Source: a virus (taxonomy: Duplodnaviria; Heunggongvirae; Uroviricota; Caudoviricetes). From it: DNA of 17,639 bases. The notes under the pieces are model-generated. The model saw only the letters and a list, made by a program, of their open reading frames with translations, was not told where the DNA came from and searched no databases. The stretch lies in IMG/VR virus record IMGVR_UViG_3300029076_000068; one strand, given 5' to 3'. This document shows, in pieces, positions 10,963 through 17,639 of this stretch (position 1 is its first letter; each line of letters starts with the position of its first letter). The translations under genes and the position numbers were made by a program.

Positions 10963-11688
10963 ATGGAAGAACGTGGGAATTACCTAATAGACCCCCTAGA
11001 AGTAATTGGTTCTGGCGGTTTTGGCCTTGTAGAAAAAATAAGGTTATATAACTCACAAAGAAAAATTTGTGGTCTATATGCCAGAAAAATTTTACGACCT
11101 GATGCAACAGATCCTGAACTCTTTACCAGATTTGAACGAGAAGTAAGATATCAAACTGAATGCCTGCATACTAATATTGTCCAAATATTCATATGCCACT
11201 TACAGAATGCTCAGCCTTGGTTCGTAATGGAACTAGCAGAAACAAATCTTGAAGAAGAAATAAAAAGTGGAACTCTTACAAAGGCTGAAAAAATCTCTAT
11301 TGTAAAAATGGTACTAAATGCCGTCGGATGGATTCATAAGAAAGGATATCTTCATCGGGATATAAAACCACTAAATGTACTAAAATTTAAAGATGGAATT
11401 TATAAGTTATCTGACTTCGGCCTTGCAAAAAATGTGTCACCAGATGCCAATACACAGCTATTAACACAAATTGGCCAATACCCCGCTACTCCTAAATACT
11501 TTGATTACAACGTTTTCCTCAACGGATATTCAAAACAATCAGATATATATTCAATTGGTATTTTAATTGAAGAATTAAATATTGATGGTTTTGATGATAT
11601 AATAAACAAATGTACGCATAGACAACTTAACAAAAGATTCCTGACCGTAGAGCAGATCTTTGAGGAATTGGAGTTGAAACGCTTATGA
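10963..11688 (+). CDS. Hanks-type (eukaryotic-like) Ser/Thr protein kinase, minimal kinase domain
   Basis: 241 aa; Gly-rich loop GSGGFGLV, Lys in LYARKIL, catalytic loop HRDIKPLN, DFG in LSDFGLAK, subdomain IX SDIYSIG. SD AAAGGA upstream. About 35-40% GC by eye. Confidence 0.85.
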   Translation: MEERGNYLIDPLEVIGSGGFGLVEKIRLYNSQRKICGLYARKILRPDATDPELFTRFEREVRYQTECLHTNIVQIFICHLQNAQPWFVMELAETNLEEEIKSGTLTKAEKISIVKMVLNAVGWIHKKGYLHRDIKPLNVLKFKDGIYKLSDFGLAKNVSPDANTQLLTQIGQYPATPKYFDYNVFLNGYSKQSDIYSIGILIEELNIDGFDDIINKCTHRQLNKRFLTVEQIFEELELKRL

Positions 11689-12428
11689 TTAGCATACTCT
11701 CATCATCCATATTTTCTGTACCAAAACATAATGGCAGGGAAAATCAAGATAGCGTGCTTTATCCACTTCAAACACCAAATGGTTATCTTATGGCTATAGC
11801 TGATGGGGTTGGTGGTTATAAAGGAGGAAAAGAAGCATCTGCAGCAGTAATAAATCATTTGTATAGTATTAAAGACAGCTTCACTCATGAAGACAATGTC
11901 TTATCCTTACTTAAGACCCTACAAGAAAAGGTGGCATCTCTTTCGTCAGTTGATAAAGAATTAGCATCTGCTGCTACAACTTTAACAATGTGCCTACTTC
12001 ACAATCAAGGTCTAACAATTATACATGTAGGTGACTGTCGTGTTTATTTAAAAAATGGAAATAAGCTAATCCAATTAACAACAGATCATACTCAACATCA
12101 AATGTTGATAGATAGCGGTATTTATACAGCTCGACAGCTCAAAAATGCAAAAGGTAAAAATATTATTACAACTGCACTTGCTGCCAAGATCCCTCTTCAA
12201 CATCAAGTCATAAATATTGATAAAGATGAACTTCCTCTTGACGATGGTGTTCTATCTCTATTCATCATGTCTGATGGCGCGCATACCTTTTGGGAGCAAC
12301 GCCCACGATTTTCTTACCGTACATTGTCAACCGCATCAAGGTTTGCCTCCAGCCTAATGCGAAGAATAGAGACAAAAGGCCCGACTGACGATTATTCTCT
12401 TATAGCGGTAAATGTAAAGTATTTGTAA
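11685..12428 (+). CDS. PP2C-family (PPM) Ser/Thr protein phosphatase
   Basis: 247 aa; metal-binding motif AIADGVGGYKGGKEAS, then HVGDCRVYL, TTDHT and C-terminal MSDGA. Start ATG overlaps the kinase stop (ATGA at 11685-11688). Confidence 0.85.
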   Translation: MISILSSSIFSVPKHNGRENQDSVLYPLQTPNGYLMAIADGVGGYKGGKEASAAVINHLYSIKDSFTHEDNVLSLLKTLQEKVASLSSVDKELASAATTLTMCLLHNQGLTIIHVGDCRVYLKNGNKLIQLTTDHTQHQMLIDSGIYTARQLKNAKGKNIITTALAAKIPLQHQVINIDKDELPLDDGVLSLFIMSDGAHTFWEQRPRFSYRTLSTASRFASSLMRRIETKGPTDDYSLIAVNVKYL

Positions 12429-12432
12429 ACTT

Positions 12433-12460
12433 CCCGGCCACCGTGCCGGGTTTTCTTTTA
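12433..12460 (+). terminator. Intrinsic terminator closing the cI-kinase-phosphatase unit
   Basis: Stem CCCGGC (12433-12438) / GCCGGG (12445-12450), loop CACCGT, followed by TTTTCTTTTA. Confidence 0.6.
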
Positions 12461-12574
12461 TCCCCTCCCCTCATCACGTATACCGTTCAAAAAACCACCA
12501 CAATCTCCCTTCAGTTATCGCTATGCGATGCAAGTCACAAAATAAATCCATCCTAAATACAACCAGTTACATCT

Positions 12575-12640
12575 AAAACAACCAATAAAACAACTTTTGT
12601 TGTTGACGATAAAACAACTATAGTTTTAAATAAATTCATC
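12575..12640 (+). promoter_or_regulatory. pL/oL-like promoter-operator candidate
   Basis: -35 TTGACG (12603-12608), 17-nt spacer, -10-like TTAAAT (12626-12631). Overlaps palindrome ACAACTTTTGTTGT (12590-12603) and repeated ACAAC(CA) motifs shared with the oR-like region. Confidence 0.35.
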
Positions 12641-12824
12641 GCAACAACACAACGATACGGCAACCACCTGATTCACCGTTGCGATGACCGCTTAGATCCG
12701 CAGCTTGAATTTCAGCAGGCTTCGGGAAGTGCGAGGGGTGAAGCGGACGCGTGAACGTCGGTGTGACCAGCTGAAATCAACTCAACACTTCATACCTCAG
12801 TCGCTTCAACGAGGCGGCTTAGTT

Positions 12825-13115
12825 ATGACAACCGGCGGCCATCCACCGCCTGAATACGCGCAGAAGTCTTTATATGTTCAGCAGCCCAGCTTACGGGCAG
12901 GAGTTTTTATGGTTCATCAACATTACGGAACGCAGACCGTTAATCGCGGTGCGGTCATGCCAGGAATGCTGGTCAAACACAAAGATGGTACCTGGACTGC
13001 ATCAGCTAATTTATGCGGACGGCTATATCTGCATCGCGGCATCGAGCGCACTTATACCCGTGATTTGCTCGTGGAAGTTTTTCTCGACGGACGAGGCAAC
13101 GGCCTGAATCACTAA
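12825..13115 (+). CDS. Hypothetical protein (non-lambda segment upstream of gam)
   Basis: 96 aa from ATG 12825 (MTTGGHPPPEYAQKSLYVQQ...), with GAGG 10-13 nt upstream. The track ORF extends to a TTG at 12705. No family recognised. Confidence 0.35.
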   Translation: MTTGGHPPPEYAQKSLYVQQPSLRAGVFMVHQHYGTQTVNRGAVMPGMLVKHKDGTWTASANLCGRLYLHRGIERTYTRDLLVEVFLDGRGNGLNH

Positions 13116-13190
13116 TCCCCTTTCCTGTTTTCCTAATCAGCCTGGCATTTCGCGGGCGATATTTTCACAGCCATTTTCAGGAGTTCAGCC

Positions 13191-13487
13191 ATGAACGCTT
13201 ATTACATTCAGGATCGTCTTGAGGCTCAGAGCTGGGCGCGTCACTACCAGCAGATCGCCCGTGAAGAGAAAGAGGCAGAACTGGCAGACGACATGGAAAA
13301 AGGCCTGCCCCAGCACCTGTTTGAATCGCTATGCATCGATCATTTGCAACGCCACGGGGTCAGCAAAAAAGCCATTACCCGTGCGTTTGATGACGATGTT
13401 GAGTTTCAGGAGCGCATGGCAGAACACATCCGGTACATGGTTGAAACCATTGCTCACCACCAGGTTGATATTGATTCAGAGGTATAA
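13191..13487 (+). CDS. gam: Host RecBCD inhibitor Gam (short GamS form)
   Basis: 98 aa, [56 protein letters not shown]...; matches lambda Gam from its internal Met. In-frame TAA at 13134-13136 upstream. Confidence 0.9.
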   Translation: MNAYYIQDRLEAQSWARHYQQIAREEKEAELADDMEKGLPQHLFESLCIDHLQRHGVSKKAITRAFDDDVEFQERMAEHIRYMVETIAHHQVDIDSEV

Positions 13488-13492
13488 AACGG

Positions 13493-14278
13493 ATGAGTAC
13501 AGCACTCGCAACGCTGGCTGGGAAGCTGGCTGAACGTGTCGGCATGGATTCTGTCGACCCACAGGAACTGATCACCACTCTTCGCCAGACAGCATTTAAA
13601 GGCGATGCCAGCGATGCGCAGTTCATCGCATTGCTGATCGTCGCCAACCAATACGGCCTTAATCCGTGGACGAAAGAAATTTACGCCTTCCCTGATAAGC
13701 AGAACGGCATCGTTCCGGTGGTGGGCGTTGATGGCTGGTCCCGCATCATCAACGAAAACCAGCAGTTTGACGGCATGGACTTTGAACAGGACAACGAATC
13801 CTGCACATGCCGGATTTACCGCAAAGACCGCAATCATCCGATCTGCGTTACCGAGTGGATGGATGAATGCCGCCGCGAACCATTCAAAACTCGCGAAGGC
13901 AGAGAAATCACGGGGCCGTGGCAGTCGCATCCCAAACGGATGTTACGGCATAAAGCCATGATTCAGTGTGCCCGTCTGGCCTTCGGATTTGCTGGTATCT
14001 ATGACAAGGATGAAGCCGAGCGCATTGTCGAAAATACTGCATACACTGCAGAACGTCAGCCAGAACGCGACATCACTCCGGTTAACGATGAAACCATGCA
14101 GGAGATTAACACTCTGCTGATCGCCCTGGATAAAACATGGGATGACGACTTATTGCCGCTCTGTTCCCAGATATTTCGCCGCGACATTCGCGCATCGTCA
14201 GAACTGACACAGGCCGAAGCAGTGAAAGCTCTTGGATTCCTGAAACAGAAAGCCTCTGAACAGAAGGTGGCTGCATGA
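13493..14278 (+). CDS. bet: Red beta single-strand annealing protein Bet
   Basis: 261 aa, [59 protein letters not shown]...; lambda Bet as recalled. Confidence 0.95.
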   Translation: MSTALATLAGKLAERVGMDSVDPQELITTLRQTAFKGDASDAQFIALLIVANQYGLNPWTKEIYAFPDKQNGIVPVVGVDGWSRIINENQQFDGMDFEQDNESCTCRIYRKDRNHPICVTEWMDECRREPFKTREGREITGPWQSHPKRMLRHKAMIQCARLAFGFAGIYDKDEAERIVENTAYTAERQPERDITPVNDETMQEINTLLIALDKTWDDDLLPLCSQIFRRDIRASSELTQAEAVKALGFLKQKASEQKVAA

Positions 14279-14955
14279 CACCGGACATTATCCTGCAGCG
14301 TACCGGGATCGACGTGAGAGCTGTCGAACAGGGGGATGATGCATGGCACAAATTACGGCTCGGCGTCATCACCGCTTCAGAAGTTCACAACGTGATAGCA
14401 AAGCCCCGCTCAGGAAAGAAGTGGCCTGACATGAAAATATCCTACTTCCACACCCTGCTTGCCGAGGTTTGCACCGGTGTGGCTCCGGAAGTTAACGCTA
14501 AAGCACTGGCCTGGGGAAAACAGTACGAGAACGACGCCAGAGCCCTGTTTGAGTTTACTTCCGGCGTGAATGTTACTGAATCCCCGATCATCTATCGCGA
14601 CGAAAGTATGCGCACCGCCTGCTCTCCCGATGGTTTATGCAGTGACGGCAACGGCCTTGAACTGAAATGCCCGTTTACCTCCCGGGATTTCATGAAATTC
14701 CGGCTCGGTGGTTTCGAGGCAATAAAATCGGCTTACATGGCCCAGGTGCAGTACAGCATGTGGGTGACGCGAAAAGATGCCTGGTACTTTGCCAACTATG
14801 ACCCACGAATGAAGCGTGAAGGCCTGCATTATGTCGTGGTTGAGCGGGATGAAAATTACATGGCGAGTTTTGACGAGATGGTGCCGGAGTTCATCGAAAA
14901 AATGGACGAGGCACTGGCTGAAATTGGTTTTGTATTTGGGGAGCAATGGCGATGA
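14275..14955 (+). CDS. exo: Lambda exonuclease (Red alpha)
   Basis: 226 aa, [47 protein letters not shown]...; overlaps bet stop (ATGA). Confidence 0.95.
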   Translation: MTPDIILQRTGIDVRAVEQGDDAWHKLRLGVITASEVHNVIAKPRSGKKWPDMKISYFHTLLAEVCTGVAPEVNAKALAWGKQYENDARALFEFTSGVNVTESPIIYRDESMRTACSPDGLCSDGNGLELKCPFTSRDFMKFRLGGFEAIKSAYMAQVQYSMWVTRKDAWYFANYDPRMKREGLHYVVVERDENYMASFDEMVPEFIEKMDEALAEIGFVFGEQWR

Positions 14956-15134
14956 AGCATCCTCACGATAATATCCGGGTAGGCGCGATCACTTTCGTCT
15001 ACTCCGTTACAAAGCGAGGCTGGGTATTTCCCGGCCTTTCTGTTACCCGAAATCCCCTGAAAGCACAGCGGCTGGCTGAGGAGATAAATAATAAACGGGG
15101 AGCTGTATGCACAAAGCATCTCCTGTTGAGTTAA
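14946..15134 (+). CDS. Lambda b-region small protein (orf60a-like)
   Basis: 62 aa, [33 protein letters not shown]...; position immediately after exo as in lambda. Confidence 0.65.
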   Translation: MAMKHPHDNIRVGAITFVYSVTKRGWVFPGLSVTRNPLKAQRLAEEINNKRGAVCTKHLLLS

Positions 15135-15298
15135 GAACGAGCATTGAGATGGCACATAGCCTCGCTCAAATTGGAGTCAGGTTTGTGCCAATACCAGTAG
15201 AAACAGACGAAGAATTTCATACGTTAGCCACATCCCTTTCACAAAAACTGGAAATGATGGTGGCGAAAGCAGAAGCAGATGAAAGAGACCAGGTATGA
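15107..15298 (+). CDS. Lambda b-region small protein (orf63-like)
   Basis: 63 aa, [31 protein letters not shown]...; overlaps the preceding ORF by 28 nt. Confidence 0.6.
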   Translation: MHKASPVELRTSIEMAHSLAQIGVRFVPIPVETDEEFHTLATSLSQKLEMMVAKAEADERDQV

Positions 15299-15374
15299 CA
15301 ACCACTGAATGCATTTTTCTGGCAGCGGGCTTCATATTCTGTGTGCTTATGCTTGCCGACATGGGACTTGTTCA

Positions 15375-15596
15375 ATGACACCTCAGCAAGAAAACGCCCT
15401 TCGCAGTATTGCCCGTCAGGCTAATTCTGAAATCAAAAAAGCCAGACAGCAGTTTCCNNNNNNNNNNNNNNNNNNNNNNNNNNNNNNNNNNNNNNNNNNN
15501 NNNNNNNNNNNNNNNNNNNTAACGCTGATGGGATTCACACCGACTCATTTAAGCCTGGCGATCGGCATGTTAAACGGCGTCTTTAAGGAACGGTGA
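15375..15596 (+). CDS. Lambda b-region small protein (orf61-like), interrupted by an N run
   Basis: MTPQQENALRSIARQANSEIKKARQQF, then 62 N, then TLMGFTPTHLSLAIGMLNGVFKER*. Frame and length across the gap cannot be verified. Confidence 0.4.
   Translation: MTPQQENALRSIARQANSEIKKARQQFXXXXXXXXXXXXXXXXXXXXXXTLMGFTPTHLSLAIGMLNGVFKER
15458..15519. other. Run of 62 ambiguous bases (N): assembly gap or masked segment
   Basis: Directly visible in the sequence. Confidence 0.99.
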
Positions 15597-15694
15597 GCAT
15601 GAAAAACAATATCATCATGGAGCTACAGGCTCCTTTTTTATTATTCGCATTCACCCTCAAGCGTATTAACCAACAATTCAGGGATTAATGAAAG

Positions 15695-15916
15695 ATGGCA
15701 GACATCATTGATTCAGCATCAGAAATTGAAGAATTACAGCGCAACACAGCAATAAAAATGCGCCGCCTGAACCACCAGGCTATATCTGCCACTCATTGTT
15801 GTGAGTGTGGCGATCCGATAGATGAACGAAGACGCTTGGCCGTTCAGGGTTGTCGGACTTGTGCAAGTTGCCAGGAGGATCTGGAACTTATCAGTAAACA
15901 GAGAGGTTCGAAGTGA
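15695..15916 (+). CDS. TraR/DksA-family C4 zinc-finger protein (lambda Orf73-like)
   Basis: 73 aa; CCECGDPIDERRRLAVQGCRTCASCQ four-Cys zinc finger typical of TraR/DksA C-terminus. Confidence 0.8.
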   Translation: MADIIDSASEIEELQRNTAIKMRRLNHQAISATHCCECGDPIDERRRLAVQGCRTCASCQEDLELISKQRGSK

Positions 15917-16126
15917 GCGAAATTAACTAGAAGCCAAAGATAAAATCATCGCTGAGCAGGAGAAAATCGCTAACGGAGAAAAGACAGTAAGTCAGTATAT
16001 GAAAACCGCATGATATCATCAGATAAAAATCGATCGTAAAGCGAAATATTAATACCAGAATAAACGAGTCGAGGTAAATTATATTACCTCGATAAATTAA
16101 CTAAAACTTGCCCGCTATATACTATC

Positions 16127-16729
16127 TCATTCAGTATCATCACGCGCGGTCTGTGTATATGTTACTACCGCACCTAATGTATTAATTTTCTTTTCAACAT
16201 AGATAATATTATCGTACTCATAATTGCCATACGGATAGCAAATGCGAATATTCTCATGTAGATCGGGGTCATCCACCTCAGCTCCAGAACAACTTTTTGA
16301 ACTACCGGAAGTATACCGATACGGTGCAACATAAGACGATGTCTCTCCAGGCAAAAAATAAGTTAGTGTTGTAAGGGGTATAATCAGAAAAAATCCAGCA
16401 AATATGCACATTCCTGCATAAACCTTAAGGTATGCTGACAGACTCTTCCAGCCGCTTTGTTTTACTATCCCCTTCTTAACCCAAAACAGAGATAACAGAA
16501 AAGCTATTCCCATGCTAAACAGAATGTAATAGTGGGATATACTCTGATTAAGAAACGTGACCCTGTAAATATCTGCCCGCCACCAGAAGAAAAGGAAAAT
16601 AAAGATCAGGCCTGAAACTGTCATGCAAATCAAATAAGGATACGAATCTTTTTTCATGTTTAGCGCCCATAAAATTTTTCCTGCCCCGGACAAATTTACC
16701 ATCCATTTTCTGCGCAGAAAATAGCTCAT
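16127..16729 (-). CDS. Hypothetical integral membrane protein (AT-rich moron)
   Basis: 200 aa; three to four hydrophobic helices (YLICMTVSGLIFIFLFFWW, YYILFSMGIAFLLSLFWV, VYAGMCIFAGFFLIIPLTTLTYFL) plus a ~80-aa Cys/Tyr-containing soluble C-terminus. Start ambiguous among Met1, Met10 and Met25. Confidence 0.55.
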   Translation of the reverse strand: MSYFLRRKWMVNLSGAGKILWALNMKKDSYPYLICMTVSGLIFIFLFFWWRADIYRVTFLNQSISHYYILFSMGIAFLLSLFWVKKGIVKQSGWKSLSAYLKVYAGMCIFAGFFLIIPLTTLTYFLPGETSSYVAPYRYTSGSSKSCSGAEVDDPDLHENIRICYPYGNYEYDNIIYVEKKINTLGAVVTYTQTARDDTE

Positions 16730-16971
16730 TACTTACTGCACAATAATACACAAAATTGCGTAAATTTTTTGCATGGATTTTAGCTCTTTCAGCCGACGTT
16801 TAAGGGGTAAATAGCATTTCCTAAAAGCAACTGCACCAACCCAACAGAATGAACTACCGCTTACGTTGAGAGCAAAAAAGTGTATAGCAGCAATGAACAG
16901 CATCCTCGCACTGACGGGGATTTCTTTTATCTGAGCTAGCTACGGCGAGTTTTGTTTTATGGAGACAAGAA

Positions 16972-17316
16972 ATGTCAGATTTGGCTATGAAGGTTTTGAA
17001 ATGGCAATCAACTGGCGATGTCGGCATCAGTAGCGCAACTCTTGCCTCAATCGCATGTGGCCTGAAAAAGAATATCTATGGTCATCACTTCGGCGCTCCC
17101 CATGACGCAGCAGACTTTCGGCGATGCGTTGCACTTGTTGAGCAGATTCCAGAAATCAGAGATTCATTCAACAAGGTTGCAAAGCGCGTTCCGGCATTCA
17201 AAGGAATCCTCAACGAATGGGATTCACTCGTTGCTCTGTTGAAGTCTGAAATGAAGACGTACGGGAACAAAGCACCAGAGACTTACAGAAGAATCAGCGA
17301 GCTACGCAAGGACTAA
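16972..17316 (+). CDS. Hypothetical protein
   Basis: 114 aa ORF with a good SD (GGAGACAAGAA-ATG); no family recognised. Confidence 0.5.
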   Translation: MSDLAMKVLKWQSTGDVGISSATLASIACGLKKNIYGHHFGAPHDAADFRRCVALVEQIPEIRDSFNKVAKRVPAFKGILNEWDSLVALLKSEMKTYGNKAPETYRRISELRKD

Positions 17317-17438
17317 CCCGCCTCACACTCGATGAGGCCTGTTCATTTCTCAAGATATCCAGACCTACCATTGCTGCATCAATGCGGCTTTTTATTGCCT
17401 GATTTGCAGGTTCGATTCCATATTCGGAGATAGCACTC

Positions 17439-17639
17439 ATGCAACACGAACTACAACCTGATTCACTGGTTGATTTGAAATTCATCATGGCTGATACTGG
17501 CTTCGGTAAGACCTTCATCTATGACCGGATTAAGTCCGGCGACCTGCCTAAAGCCAAAGTTATCCACGGACGAGCAAGATGGTTATATCGTGACCATTGT
17601 GAATTCAAAAATAAGCTCTTAAGCCGCGCCAATGGGTAA
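17439..17639 (+). CDS. AlpA-family HTH protein (excisionase / prophage regulator-like)
   Basis: 66 aa; LVDLKFIMADTGFGKTFIYDRIKSGDLPKAKVIHGRARWLYRDHCEFKNKL fits the AlpA/Xis winged-HTH pattern. Stop codon is the last three bases of the window. Confidence 0.65.
   Translation: MQHELQPDSLVDLKFIMADTGFGKTFIYDRIKSGDLPKAKVIHGRARWLYRDHCEFKNKLLSRANG

Noticed and set aside
12689-12696. boxA-like CGCTTAGA as a possible nutL site
   Set aside because: Imperfect match to boxA and no adjacent boxB stem-loop; insufficient to call a nut site.
12705-12824. N-terminal extension of the 12825-13115 ORF from a TTG start (Arg-rich, superficially N-protein-like)
   Set aside because: TTG start with no SD, and no similarity to N-family arginine-rich motif proteins that I can recognise; kept only the ATG-initiated 96-aa version at low confidence.
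13454-13930. 158-aa minus-strand ORF
   Set aside because: Antisense to bet, which matches lambda Bet across its length.
17395-17420. GGTTCGATTCC, resembling a tRNA T-loop (possible tRNA or att core)
   Set aside because: No acceptor, D or anticodon stems can be drawn around it; probably chance.

Overview
The window is a defective, mosaic lambdoid prophage segment (lambda / phage 21 / DLP12-like), read right-to-left relative to the lambda map: late genes lie on the minus strand and early-left genes on the plus strand. All protein identifications are from reading the translations and recalling family sequences and motifs; no database search was run. Low to high coordinates: a tail-fibre C-terminal fragment fused in frame to the portal N-terminus (head/tail module deleted), W, terminase A and Nu1, an intact lambda-type cos site, AT-rich morons (RHH/DUF3950-like and DUF1398-like), a KilA-N protein with a small partner, Rz/Rz1, SAR endolysin and pinholin, an intact OmpC-family porin antisense to the late operon, antiterminator Q, a ylcG-like ORF, RusA, a truncated cro-like HTH and a LexA-type CI repressor. 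Downstream of cI, in the slot lambda uses for rexAB, sits a translationally coupled Hanks-type Ser/Thr kinase plus PP2C phosphatase cassette; this is the best candidate for an undescribed phage-exclusion system. Beyond it are a pL/oL-like region, GamS-Bet-Exo, lambda b-region small ORFs (one interrupted by a 62-nt N run; a TraR-like zinc finger), an AT-rich membrane-protein moron and an AlpA-type excisionase-like gene. Replication genes (O/P), N, cII/cIII and all capsid/tail genes are absent.
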